Assembly (NCBI RefSeq): GCF_001194135.2
Contig: NC_068982.1
Span: 91,142,357 to 91,206,356 of the forward strand
Direction of reading: 5' to 3'
Origin: Octopus bimaculoides
Lineage: Eukaryota
DNA length: 64,000 nt
Numbering within the stretch: position 1 is the first letter of the stretch; every line of letters begins with the position of its first letter. Shown in pieces: positions 24,770 through 36,829 of the stretch. A program made the position numbers and the translations under genes. Under the pieces are notes generated by a model. It had not been told where the DNA came from. It ran no database searches and saw nothing but the letters and a program-made list of their open reading frames with translations.

Positions 24770-25955
24770 GTTTGATTTTCTTTTACTTAAAGAGTCTGAA
24801 GGAAAAGACAGGACTCATGACACTTGCAGTCCCAAGCGACAATGGTATGACCAATGTCGATGATGTTCTGTTTAAATTGTTGCAGCTCAACATCTGCGAG
24901 AATGACATGAGCAGGGGGAGAAATTCTAGAGAGCTGATGTTCTGGAGAGGATGAGCTGTGCATAGTGGTTTGTGCGGGTCGGGGTGGCGGTTGATGCAAG
25001 AAGGTGAAGAGAGGCAGAGAAACGAGTGAGTCGGGAATGACTGAGTGATGGATGTACGAGGTTAGTAATGATAGTAAAGACTAAGAGAGAAGAAAGCATA
25101 CCTATAGGCTAGACTTTTCACTGAGTGAATCAGACGAGTGACACTTATGTGCATCTGGTCCGGGATGTCTGTACATGTGGGTACAGTATTCCATTGCGGG
25201 CTTCACTCGAGTTTGTAGAGTGTCAGCAAATTTTGTGAGCTGAAATAACGCCTGACTCTGAAGAAAAGGGGTAGTTTTTGAGATGCGATCCTAGCTATAC
25301 TAAGGATAGGCTTTCGCCAAGAGAGATCCTAGGGGATTATGAGGCCTAACATTTGGAGAGATTGTAAGGACTCTAACTGAGTGATTTTAACGTCTAAGAG
25401 GTGCGTGGTGTGGTGACGTTTTATTGACATGGTAATCCTTGAGATTTTTAATATTAAGGTTGGCATGGCTCAAGGATATCGTGTATGGAATCGACGCAAA
25501 TCTAGGTTGCTTGTGAATAATGATGGTTAGGAAAAGTTAAGGAGGAATGAAGGATTACATTATCTGGATAAGAGTTTGCATTGTTAGATGTGGTGGCATG
25601 TAGGTCATTGATGTATAGAAGGCAAAAGATGAGAGACAAAACCGAAGCCTGGAGAACACCAGAGCTGACTGAGAAAGAAACAGAAAGAGTGCCGTCAACA
25701 GACACTACAATGGTTCAATCTGATAGAAAGTTATAGATTCAAGAGATCAAAGATTGATGGAAAGGTACGTGAGACGATTTGACTGAAAGCTGGCATATCA
25801 GAATGGTCGAAGACTTTCCTGAAGTCTACAGCAACAACATTGCTTTCGCCAAGCCTTTCTCAAACGATATTCCATTGGTAAGTGACATAAGAGAATAACT
25901 CTTTAACTAATCTGGCTCTATGGAAGCCCTTCTGGTGATCAGTGAGAAGGAAGAT
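24770..25955 (-). mobile_element. CR1/L2/Jockey-group LINE, decayed RT and 3' part
   Basis: Minus pieces LGESNVVAVDFRKVFDH and VDGTLSVSFSVSSGVLQASVLSLIFCLLYINDL (QGSVL..LF.LYINDL motif). Confidence 0.8.
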
Positions 25956-26139
25956 ATTCAAGTTGTAGAACGTCAATGATAACGGTTTCCATTACCGTGG
26001 AGACGTGTGTGGGAGGGGGGAGAGAGAGAATGGACTCTGAATGATGTGGCTGGGAATCAAGCTTCTTACCACACAGCCACGATTCCTCTCCCTCTCTCTC
26101 AGCACCATCTCTTTCTCTTTCTGTATACAAGTTCTTCCT

Positions 26140-26275
26140 AACTCATTTTATGGACTCCGAAATGATGAAAGGCAAAGTCGACCTCGGTGGAATTTAAATT
26201 CAGGACGTAAAAACGGACGAAATGTTGCTAAGCATTTTGCGCGACTTGCTACCGATTTTGCCACCTTGCCACCTT
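26140..26275 (-). mobile_element. SINE family A (5' part)
   Basis: Reverse complement of the head and core (GATGAAAGGCAAAGTCGACCTCGG..GACGAAATG..CTAAGCATTTTG). Confidence 0.8.
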
Positions 26276-26379
26276 ATATTTCTTATATTGTATTTTGTAT
26301 TAAATGCTTTCAAAATATCATTATTCGGGTTGACTTTACTATTATAATATAATATATATAGATGCATGTATATATGTGC

Positions 26380-26394
26380 ATGTGCAGATAGATG

Positions 26395-26460
<66 letters not shown>

Positions 26461-26512
26461 TATACACATACATACATACATACATACGTACATACATATA
26501 CATACACCGTAT
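26380..26512. repeat. (GATA)n(GACA)n(CATA)n microsatellite
   Basis: Direct reading. Confidence 0.95.
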
Positions 26513-27264
26513 TACACATGGTCGTTTATCTGAATTTATCCGCTATTTTAAGACTGGATAGCTTTATGAGCGGTTGATTAAATTTCTGTGATTTGTGGGG
26601 AGGGGTTGTTTTTGTTTATTCCTTTTGTTTTTGTTTTTTATTTTAAAAAGAAACAAAATTTCAATATAGTCATGAGGAAACGACATAGGGCGAAACTGTC
26701 GGAGAGTGAGCGTTTGACACAAATATACGCTGATGCAATAAGGTTGGAACGTGGAACTATTTGGTTGTGATAAACACACCTTAATAAATGTACGAATGTC
26801 TACACAGGCAACAGCTTCCCGCCGTCCAAAGATCTCCACCCCCAACATTATAGTTTTTTTTTAGCAAATGTGATTATGTGTCCGTGTCAGAGAAGGAACT
26901 TCTATATAGTCGTTTGGTCTGGTAGAAACAATAGAAAAATTTCCCTCAAATCATGAATGGACGCATCTGCTACTGTAGTTAGATGACGAGATTATCAGAT
27001 CTGGAATGCCTTTTTATCATGGTTCTTCTCGGTCAGAACTGACTTGAGGCTATACAATATGTTATTTGGTATTCTTTAGAAATTGTAAATCAAAGAACAA
27101 CTATTAATGCTGTTATTACCATTGCTGCTGCTGTTCTGTTGTTGCTGCTGCTATTGCTTCTGCTGCTGTTGCTTCTGTTGCTGCTGCTACTTTGTAACTA
27201 AATCGAAAGATGCTGACATTTATTTCACATCAATTTTAATTATCTTCATTCTCTTAAATCGCAG

Positions 27265-27378
27265 ACTAAAATGGAAACAGATCCTCGAGCCATATGGAGA
27301 GCTTATGGTAACCAAGGTAACGTTTGGATAAAAGCGCGTCTATCAATTCCGATAAACCTTGCCAAGACCGGATATCAA
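27265..27378 (+). CDS. MAM-domain protein, exon C
   Basis: ATCGCAG acceptor, CAA/GTAAGT donor, 114 bp, phase 0-0; TKMETDPRAIWRAYGNQGNVWIKARLSIPINLAKTGYQ matches W...GNQG..W..A. Confidence 0.93.
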
Positions 27379-27455
27379 GTAAGTTGCTAATCTTTGGATT
27401 ATAACGTTCAATAGAATCTGTATATTATTGTTGTCATTATAATAACAATGATTAG

Positions 27456-28340
27456 GGCGGCGAGCTGGCTAAACCGTTAACATGCCGGCAAAATGCTTAG
27501 CTACATTTCGTCCGTCTCTACGTTCTGAGTTAAAATTTCGCCGAGGCCTACTTTGCCTTTCATTCTTTCAGGGTCAATACATCAAGTACCAGTTGAGGAC
27601 TGGGTCGATGTAATCGACTTAACACCTCCCCAAAAATTTCAGCCCTTGTGCCTATAATAGAGAGCATTATGATAATAATGATTAAGGTAGTGAGCTGGCA
27701 GAACCGTTAGCAAGCCGGAAAATATGTTTAAAACATTTCGTCCGTCCTCATGTTCCGAGTTTAAATTCCGCTGAGATCGACTTTCCTTTCATCCTTTCGG
27801 GGATGAATACCAGTCGAGCATTAGGGTCTATGTAATTGAATAACCCCTTCCCATAAAAAATTCAGGCTATGTACCAATAGAGAAAGGATTATAACGATGT
27901 TTAAGACGGCGAACTGGGAGAATCGTTAGCGCGTCGGACAAAATACTTGGCGGCTTTTCTTTATGTCTGAGTTCAAATCCGCCGAGGTCTACTTTGCTTT
28001 TCATCCTTTCGGGGTCGATAAAATAAATACCAGTTGAACCCTAAGATCGATGTAATCGACTTGCCCCACCCACTTAAAATTTCTTGTCTTGTGCCTATAT
28101 TAGAAAAGATTATTTGTATTATGAAGAGAGCGTGGACGGTGGTGTGTGACAGAGACGGTGTAGCATCGGACAAAATGTTTTGTTGTATTAAGTTCCGTCC
28201 ATTTACATTCTGCGTTCAAATCCTTCTTGGCCTGATATTGTCTTTCCTCTTTCGGAGTAAAAAACGTACAAGTGAAGTTTTAAGTCGAGATGATTATTTT
28301 CTTACAACCCAAATTGTGGCCTTGTACCTATTTAGAAATC
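27456..28340 (+). mobile_element. Head-to-tail array of four SINE family A copies (27456-27667, 27686-27888, 27905-28108, ~28135-28340)
   Basis: Four successive head/core/tail units separated by short AAT/ATT spacers; the fourth copy is heavily decayed. Confidence 0.85.
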
Positions 28341-30179
28341 AATATTCATAATAAACCGTCGTACACACAGTGAACAGCGAGTATCAAAACGAAGATTTGC
28401 ATGTTTATTCCTGATACGCTTCGGCAGATTCGAACATGAATCATCATATGCGCATTGAACAGCGAGGATCAAAGCGATGAATTGCATTTTTTTTATCGGT
28501 TGTTAGATATCAGCACGGATCAGTAAACAGTTTGTTCGCTAAAGTTATAAACAAGACCATCGGCTCGTTTGATATTCAGTAGATCGAGAATGCTTCTGGC
28601 AGACATTACAGAACAATGCCGAAAAACTGGTTTTCCCAGAATACTTTGTACTAATAAGTCGAGTGTGTTCTGAACACACATTGGTCCTAAAGAAGTTGTT
28701 CTAACAGCAATCAGTATATTCACGTTCGAATCTGCCGGAAGATATTGGTTTCAAATTTTGGCAGAAGGTCAGCAAGTTTGGGAAAGAGGGTAAATCAATG
28801 ATACCGACCCCAGTGCTCAGCTAGTACTTATTTTAAATTTGCCGGAACATACTAAGAACAGATATGCAAACTATCACTTATTATTTACTATCAGCATAAA
28901 AGCAAGGGTAATCATGGATAACACAAACGGTAGAGTGACAGAGAAAATGAAGAACGTTATTAAATTATGTTCGTTTTCTTTCTGAACCTTGGTGGTCAGT
29001 TATTATAAGAGAGATAAGCTTTTCTAGATAAATTGTGTCGGACTTCGAGATTTGAATTTTAAAGTTTAAAATATTTCGTTAGTCATATTGTTATCGATAA
29101 TGTTTTTAACTGCATAACTGGGCGCATGGAAACATGTGTGCTTTGAGGATGTGAAGCGTTTTTGATTTTGTTAGGTGGGGTTGAAGTGTGTTGTTGTGGG
29201 AGTATTAAGATTAAGTCATATAAGTAGTGTTTAGTAGTACTATACTCAGTACGTTGTGTATGTATGTATGTATCTGCCTTTGTTCTTTTTGGTTATATAC
29301 TTACCTGCCTCTTTCTTGTGTCATTACCAAGACAGGTATTATTTATTTTGAGATATGTATTTGTTTTCAACCCCCAGATTCTAACTACCTAATATTTCCA
29401 GGCCTTTGCTTTTGGTTAGTAATTTCATTTCTTCCAGAGACACATTGTCTCAAATGAAACTGATACAGCGATTAAAAGACATTTTTCTCCGAAGATTTTT
29501 GATAATAATGGGGCGGGTGAATTGCAGACGCTGAAGAAACTCGTGAAGCACGACGTCGGTAAATCAAAGGATGAATTCGTCGAATGCCAAATAAGTTTAA
29601 TTACAGTATGAAGTAGAAACCATTTTGAACGACATCCTTTTAAAGTGGTAATTTGGAATAATTGAAGGAATATCGGCCAAAAATCCTTGCAAATACAAGT
29701 ACGGTAGTTTAGATACTGAACCTAAATCCTACTATTATAGCCTTTGCCTCTCATATTTCCGAAAAATCAATAAAATTCTAGTCAAGTATTGGGAATCGAT
29801 ATATAATCGATCATACTCTCTCGAAATATGTGACTTTGTACCAATCTTAGAAATTAAAGCATATTATCTGCTTGAGACATTTTACTCAGAAAGAAAAGCA
29901 AGCAACTTTCATAAGGTGTTTCTGTAGGTTAACCTATTAGCAACTGGAAACTACCATATTTGATTATGTGTAACACGCATTCTCGTGTAAGTTGCACACT
30001 GACTTTGTGAGGAAATTTTGAGAGAAAGAAAGAATTTATTTAAATTCAAACAAATAATTTGTTCGTTTATCAAAAGTTTGAATTTTTGTGCTATACAGAT
30101 ATTATGAGTAAACTAGAATTTCAGACGAGAAAAATTAAATAAATTGTTTCAAATTTTGATACTAAGCCAGCTATTTTAG

Positions 30180-30352
30180 GATGAGGGAGCTAGTTAACTA
30201 CATCGACCCCAGTTCTCGACTGGAACTTATTTTATAAACCCCCGGAAGGATAAAAAGCAAAGTCGACCTCGGCAGCATTTAAACTGAGAGCGAAAAGTCG
30301 AAAGAAATCCCGCAAAGTATTTTGCCTGCAACGATTCTGTCAGCTCGCCTCC
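30180..30352 (-). mobile_element. SINE family A
   Basis: Reverse complement of core and head (..CTGTCAGCTCGCCTCC). Confidence 0.8.
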
Positions 30353-30469
30353 TTAAATAAATAAATTAATAAAAATCACTTTAACCGAAAAAAGTACCTT
30401 ACAAAACGAAAATAAATAGATATTATTTGGAAAAAAATTATGTGTGCGTGTGTGTGTGTGTGTGTGTAT

Positions 30470-30723
30470 AATCAAAATAACAGGATGTCAAATATTAGTG
30501 CTATATGACTGTTTCAAACAGCTCCATTTAATTGAACAATGCAAGTATTACATCAATTTAAATACATGGATTTTCAGCAGACAAGATATATAAATATAAT
30601 TTTTCTCAAACATTTTGTCAGAGCTAGAGGATGAAAGAATTTTCATGCTGTCACTATTGCAGCAAAATTAATCTAAGAGAAGAACTCCAATTTTGGAGTG
30701 GCATCGAACATAGTGACGGTCAT
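30470..30723 (+). repeat. Unclassified repeat, left arm of an inverted pair
   Basis: Aligns by eye to the reverse complement of 33631-33909. Confidence 0.85.
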
Positions 30724-30939
30724 AGGATTATAATTCATTTTTTATTTTTTTATCTACTTTCTTATCATCAACAAAATATCTAAGGCTAGAATACTACGTT
30801 TATTGAGAATAAAGAAGATTGCGAAGTGACAGCTCATAGCTGGCTGCTGGACATAAATGAATATCACTAGATGTTTCTCCTATTCCTTAATTTCTTACTA
30901 CTTTGATAACTTTGGGCCAGTACAGGCGCAGGCCATACC

Positions 30940-31790
30940 TAACTCAATAGCACCACCTGGTGAAGTCTTTTAGTCATATGTGGAGCACCATAGCCCACTC
31001 TAGCAAAGAGTTATTATTGTTGGAGGCAAATCTGGGGGCAGGAGGTTGGTCCGGGATTTCTTGAAGAAATTTCTCCAGTGAATATTTGAATTTTATGGGA
31101 TCCGTTTCCGTTTTGATGTATTTTGGTTTGGTAATTAAAGAGAGCTGGACCGGTTGAGGTAAAGTAATTGTGGCGTAATGTTGCTATGTTTACCGAGTTC
31201 GATTTTTGTAGTGGGCGGATGGCATGGGGGCCAAGTCTTGGATGGATTTTAAAATTGAATCCAACATCATTTGTGCAATACTGATGGAATATTTTCCACA
31301 TAACACAAATGATGTAGCGTTCCCGGCGGCGTTGGAGAGAGTTGAGATTGAGTTTTTTTTAGTCGACCCCAGTAATCAGTACCTCTCATGCCGTCTATCA
31401 ACCTTGTTATTGACCTCTGGAGTGCTTCTGCTTTCATAATGAGTTGCTTCGTATGGCGAGGGACCACAGTGAGCAACAGTACTCAAGGTGGGGTCGGGCA
31501 AAAGTAGACTGGGAAGTTCTCATAATCCAAGAGCACATCTTGCGGGCCAAGTCAACTTTGCTGTTTACGTGGGAACTCCAGCTTAGATTGTTATCAACAA
31601 TTACTCCAAGATCTCTGGTGTTATTGGATAATACTAGGGAGTCACCTGAGGAAAAAGCATATGGTAATTTCAGTGTTTCCTCTTTCCCAAAGTGGATCAA
31701 ATCAAACTTCTCTTCATTTAAAAGCATATTAATTTTTTCTGCCCATTGGATAATAGCAAACAGTTCATAATGCCATAGATGCCCCTCACC
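30940..31790 (-). mobile_element. CR1-clade LINE, decayed 3' part
   Basis: QWAEKINMLLNEEKF..RDLGVIVDNNLSWSSHV..RPHLEYCCSLWS, EALQRSITRLIDGM, LQRRRERYII. Confidence 0.9.
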
Positions 31791-32460
31791 ACAAGAAGAA
31801 ACAAACTTTAATTTCTTATTGTCATAAGAACCCCTCGCCACAAGAAGAAATACACTTTAGAAGGAGTCAATTAGATAGCAGTAAAAGCCCATAAAAGAGG
31901 TAGGATAGGGGTGACATTAACTCTTGTCATTATTTTCAGGCAAAGGGACTATGCTATGAAATATAGGACACATTACTGGGATCTAGGAAAACATTAAAAG
32001 CTCAGAGGGAAAATTTTTATAATCAAGGTATAGCAAAAGCCCGTGTAGTTGTACAAAAATTAAATTTTAATTCAAAAGTTAAAAAAAAAATTAAGCGGTA
32101 TTAGAACCATGTTAAATAAGAGGGATATACAGATCAGTTTAAACATTAAAAAGACGATAACTACTATGTAAAATCACCCTAATACCTCATCATTATTTAA
32201 CTCTTAGGTGGTCGCTTCAAAGGCCACCCAAACAATGATCGCGACTTACATATGGAATTTATATTGAAAAATATACATATTATCTATTGATTGGGAGTAA
32301 GGATTCAGAAGCAGTATAATAAGATAAATGGTTCAATAACATATAGACTTAATTAAATGTAAGTATACAAGAAAAATTTAACAGGTACGAAAATTGTGTA
32401 CTGATATAATTAGATATAACAATATAAAAAATATAGCAAACATACACACATACAAAAAAG

Positions 32461-32500
<40 letters not shown>

Positions 32501-32515
32501 NNNNNNNNNNCAACA

Positions 32516-32900
32516 ATGCACTATAATACAAAAAATGGACTATATACCTGTTGTAATTTAGTTATCCATAGTCCGATGATATTTCGGAATACAATTCTTT
32601 CTTCAGATATTCTTAGATGGAGTCGCTGCTATAATCTGTTTTCCAACGGCTTTTCTTTTTTCGGAAGCATCTCAGCAGTGGTCTCACGAAGCTCCTTCCG
32701 GAATTCCTCATGAGAAGTGCGTACCTTAGGCACTTCTCTATATCTCTATATGGCTGCGCCCTCCGTATTATATCCCATTTAAGGCTAAATCTACTCCTGC
32801 TTTCCAAGATCTTACATGATAAAGAAGTACTATTAGCTTTATGTCTAAGTCTATACGATGAAAGATGGTTATTAATACGCTTTTTCATATTTATTGAACA
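32516..32900 (-). mobile_element. Penelope-like element, GIY-YIG C-terminal region, decayed
   Basis: KKRINNHLSSYRLRHKANSTSLSCKILE..LKWDIIRRAQPYR, same pattern as 54770-55090. Confidence 0.65.
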
Positions 32901-33016
32901 CCCTATATAGATAAAACTACCAGTTTAAGTCAAAATTGTACAATTGTAAACTACGTTTTGGATTAAACAGCGACCTAATAACGAGCAATGGGATTTTACC
33001 CTACAATTGCAGCCGG

Positions 33017-33076
<60 letters not shown>

Positions 33077-33309
33077 TACTACTACTACTACTTCCATGAA
33101 CTATAGTATCATTAAATTAATTGCAGAATCACCAGGTGCTGCGCCAGTAATACCTGGGCTAGTATAAACATCGGAGCCACAGTTTATATTATATATATTA
33201 GACATTATTTCTATTGTTCCAGATTCCTACATGTCCACTATTACTATCATCATTACAGAGGTTTAAATTATTATTGTCAATACTATTATTATTATTAATT
33301 CCTCTAGCT

Positions 33310-33580
33310 AATTTTATATTCCTTCTATTAAATCGGGCAATGATAGTTTATTGAGAACGGTAGAATATGACATTCTGACTGCCTTACGGGAAATTATTCT
33401 ATTATACCTATGGGATGCAGGGAAGCTTTTATCTAAAATTATCATAAATTTATTATATATGTTGGTAGATATAGCACAGTTAAAAGGAACATTGTACCAA
33501 ACTACATTGCTCTCTCCAGACTTCTTATGCTTATGAGGGCGGATTCCACCTACTCTTCTTTCGCCTTCCGAACTCACAAC
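33310..33580 (-). mobile_element. Penelope-like element, RT-EN linker (upstream part of the 32516 element)
   Basis: NVVWYNVPFNCAISTNIYNKFMIILDKSFPASHRYNRIISRKAVRMSYS matches W.NPPF....TNI...F..L.DK.FP..H....I..R...+.SYS. Confidence 0.7.
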
Positions 33581-33630
33581 TTGATTATTAAGTATGGCTA
33601 CACTATTGGTATTTATCTCATCATTAGAGG

Positions 33631-33909
33631 ATGACCCTCACTGAGTTCTATGCCACTCCAAAATTGTAGTTCTTCTCTTAGATTATTCTTGCTGCAATAG
33701 TGACATGAAATTCTTTCATTCTCTAGCTCTGACAAAATGTTTGAGAAAAATTATATTAATATATCTTGTCTGCTGAAAATCCATGTTTATTGCAACCTAA
33801 GATAGAAATGTATTTAAACTGATGTAATGCTTGCATTGTTCAATTAAATGGAGCCAATTCAAACGGTAGTATTGCACTAATACTTGACATCCTGTTACTC
33901 ATTTTGATT
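33631..33909 (-). repeat. Unclassified repeat, right arm of an inverted pair
   Basis: Reverse complement aligns to 30470-30723, with about 24 extra bases. Confidence 0.85.
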
Positions 33910-34188
33910 TTATATTCACCTTACTTCGAGCTGTGCGGATAATACCGGACTGACCTGGTGCCTCAACTTAAGTACCTAATTCAATGGAATCTTATTTATT
34001 CCTTATATATATATGTGTGTGTGTGCGTGTGTATGTAGTTAATTTGAGGAAGTTAAGTCCTAATTAGGGATTATATAATCCAAGGTATTCCTCTGGTTCA
34101 ATCCGCATCATATAATGGTAAAGACATTTGTATATGTTTAGGATTATTGAAATTATTAATATAAAGGGAAAAATTAGGAGAAGTAAAC

Positions 34189-34390
34189 GGAGAATAGGTG
34201 GATGTAATTACTGATTTATTTGCATGTTGTAGAAAGATGACGTGTCTTTAAAAAAAAAAACATTACAAATAAATTGGAAGCTCTTAACTTTTTTGAGCTT
34301 CAGCTTCCAATATATTTGTAATATTTTTTAAAAAAACGTCATCTTTCTACAACATGCAAATAAATCAGAAATTACATCCACTTATTCTCC
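34189..34390. repeat. Near-perfect palindrome, MITE-like
   Basis: About 90-bp arms (GGAGAATA..TTGGAAGCT / AGCTTCCAA..TATTCTCC) with a 19-nt loop at 34283-34301. Confidence 0.85.
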
Positions 34391-34559
34391 ATTTTCCTCA
34401 CCTTGTTTTTCCATATATATATATAATTACCAATAATATGATTACATTTGGAATACTTAAAATTATGAACCGGTGCAAGGATACGTTGTTAATTTTTATT
34501 CACTGTCTCTGTCATTTTTGAGGCATTGAATTTCATCTTCGCTGCTCTCGTTTTGGACA

Positions 34560-34810
34560 CCTTGAAATTCTTCCTCACTGCTGCCGTTTTCAAAACTTTC
34601 AAATTTTTCTGCTATTCATAAATTATTTCATCTTGTATGCCATCTAAGGCATTACTAATACTACACTCCTTCAAAAGTTTCAAGAAGCATGATATTGCAT
34701 ATGCAGCTAATATCTTCTCAATAAATTTGTGGCAGCGTGAAATCATCTCTTTAAAATCATTTATATGTAGAATTTTTCTAGTGTTTCTCGTTTGAAGAAT
34801 CACTATCACT
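34560..34810 (-). pseudogene. pogo/Tigger-like transposase C-terminal relic
   Basis: LKECSISNALDGIQDEIIYE resembles the pogo-family CGISNALDG.EDD..WE terminus. Confidence 0.55.
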
Positions 34811-35189
34811 GTCCGTTACTGCGTCAGTGTATCATAAAGGAAGCTACCGCATTTTCCTTTCTTCTCTTCTGCAACCAAAAGACGGTGTTCATGAGAGGTT
34901 AGTGATAAATGTCTGCTATCGAATGATTTACTTCGGAGATGTTGACAGCAGTCACCCAATTCAATATCTGCATGAGACTGATCAAATCTAGCTAGATTAG
35001 TATTTATTAAAACGGATCTCCGTCGCTAACAACGATGAGTATTTATTCAGCTGAATGGCCTTCTCAGTAAATTGTGTGTAAGTGGTAGTTTACTTCGAAA
35101 AGACGTAAACCCATTGACGTAACCCTCAAGCAGAATCATCGAGACGCAGGGTGTGTCGAGGGTGGGTTTTTAATTACGGTTTCCCCCCA

Positions 35190-35335
35190 CACAGCTTCCA
35201 CCTACCCATTTTCACTCATAAGATTTAGGTCGACTTGAGACCATAATATGAAACACATGCCCAAGTTTTCGCGCAATGGGATTGAACTCAAAATCTCACG
35301 ATTGCAAAGTCAGATTCGTAATCAAAACCACCATT
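35190..35335 (-). mobile_element. SINE family B-like, diverged
   Basis: TTCCACCTACCCATTTTCACTCATAAG..ACACATGCCCAAG..GGGATTGAACTC. Confidence 0.55.
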
Positions 35336-35967
35336 GGTTTTACTGTGAACATCTTCCCTACATTCAACACTATCATTACTCTTGGCCACATCTGAATGAC
35401 CGAACCTATTTTACAGACCGACTGGCTACTTAAAGATAGACTATCACTTGGCATACACTTTGTACTGCACGCCATCCAAATCGCTTATTTTCTAGTATAT
35501 ATAAACAAACAGTCTACATTTACGAAGCTTTTTCTTAGAAAAGATTTTCTGGCTAAACCAAGGGTTGATAAGTGCAATCGCACAGTGGTACATTCATCTA
35601 TGTACGTTTAATGTTTGTGTTCTTCTGTGTGTTAATCCGTATCTCGAAAGGTAACCTGGTAATCAGTTATCACTACCTAACTCTGTCACTATTTTCAGCT
35701 TCCCTTCAAACAAATCTTTTTCCGCGCCATGCATACATCAGATTTTACACAAATCTACGCAGTTTTCGAATTATTTATCTATTTATTTCTCTATTAATAA
35801 CTTTATCTGTCACACACCATCTGCTTCTCTCTCTCTCTCTCTCTCTCTCTAAACACAAATACACACAGCATGAACAAACCACAACTGGCGAACTTCACGC
35901 TTACTGCAAACAAATTTACACATGTGTGTGTGTGTGTGTATTTATATTTATATTTATATATGTATAC

Positions 35968-36013
<46 letters not shown>

Positions 36014-36205
36014 NNNNNNNNNNNNNNNNNNNNNNNNNNNNNNNNNNNNNNNNNNNNNNNNNNNNNNNNNNNNNNNNNNNNNNNNNNNNNNNNNNNNNNN
36101 NNNNNNNNNNNNNNNNNNNNNNNNNNNNNNNNNNNNNNNNNNNNNNNNNNNNNNNNNNNNNNNNNNNNNNNNNNNNNNNNNNNNNNNNNNNNNNNNNNNN
36201 NNNNN

Positions 36206-36255
<50 letters not shown>

Positions 36256-36394
36256 TGACGCTGCACTGAAACGTATTTCAACAGAGTACTTATTTTTTAT
36301 ATTGTAATTCATTCAACGCCTTGTTTCTCATGAGCCGGTAAGGGAACCATGAATCGGGATATCAAACAACTTCTACATCGTAAGTGATATTGGG

Positions 36395-36794
36395 TGTGTA
36401 TATATGAACATCACTTACATCGACCTCAGTTCGTAACTGGTACTTACTTCATCGACCAAAAAAGGATAAAAGACAAAGTCGACCTTGGAGGTATTTGAAC
36501 TCAGAACGTAAAGACGGACGAAATGCCGCTAAGTATTTTGCCCGGCGTACTAACAATTCTGCCAGCTCACAATATTAATAATAATAATGGTTTCAAATTT
36601 TGGCACTTAACCAGCAAGTTCGGGGAAGGTGGCTAGTCGATCATATTGACCCCAGTATTCAACTGGTACTTATTTCATCGACTCCGAAAGGATGACAGTA
36701 AAATGGACGACGGTCGAAGTTGAACTGAGCATATGACGAAATGCCACTGGGAATTTTGACCGGCGTACTAACGATTCTGCCAGCTTGCCGCCTT
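36395..36794 (-). mobile_element. Two head-to-tail SINE family A copies (36395-36570, 36590-36794)
   Basis: Two reverse-complement head/core units separated by (AAT)n. Confidence 0.85.
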
Positions 36795-36829
36795 AATAAT
36801 AATAATAAGAAGAAGAAGAAGAAGAAGAA

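Noticed and set aside
27107-27331. Signal-peptide-like, Cys-rich ORF (MLLLPLLLLFCCCCC...)
   Set aside because: Comes from an imperfect (TGC)n tract and overlaps exon C in a different frame.
29536-29568. Possible degenerate hammerhead GACG-CTGAAGA...CGTC
   Set aside because: Stem I is present but the GAAA core is missing and stem II is poor.
32570-32615. Minus-strand CTGAAGA-stem-GAAA
   Set aside because: Stems I and III do not form, and it lies within decayed PLE sequence.
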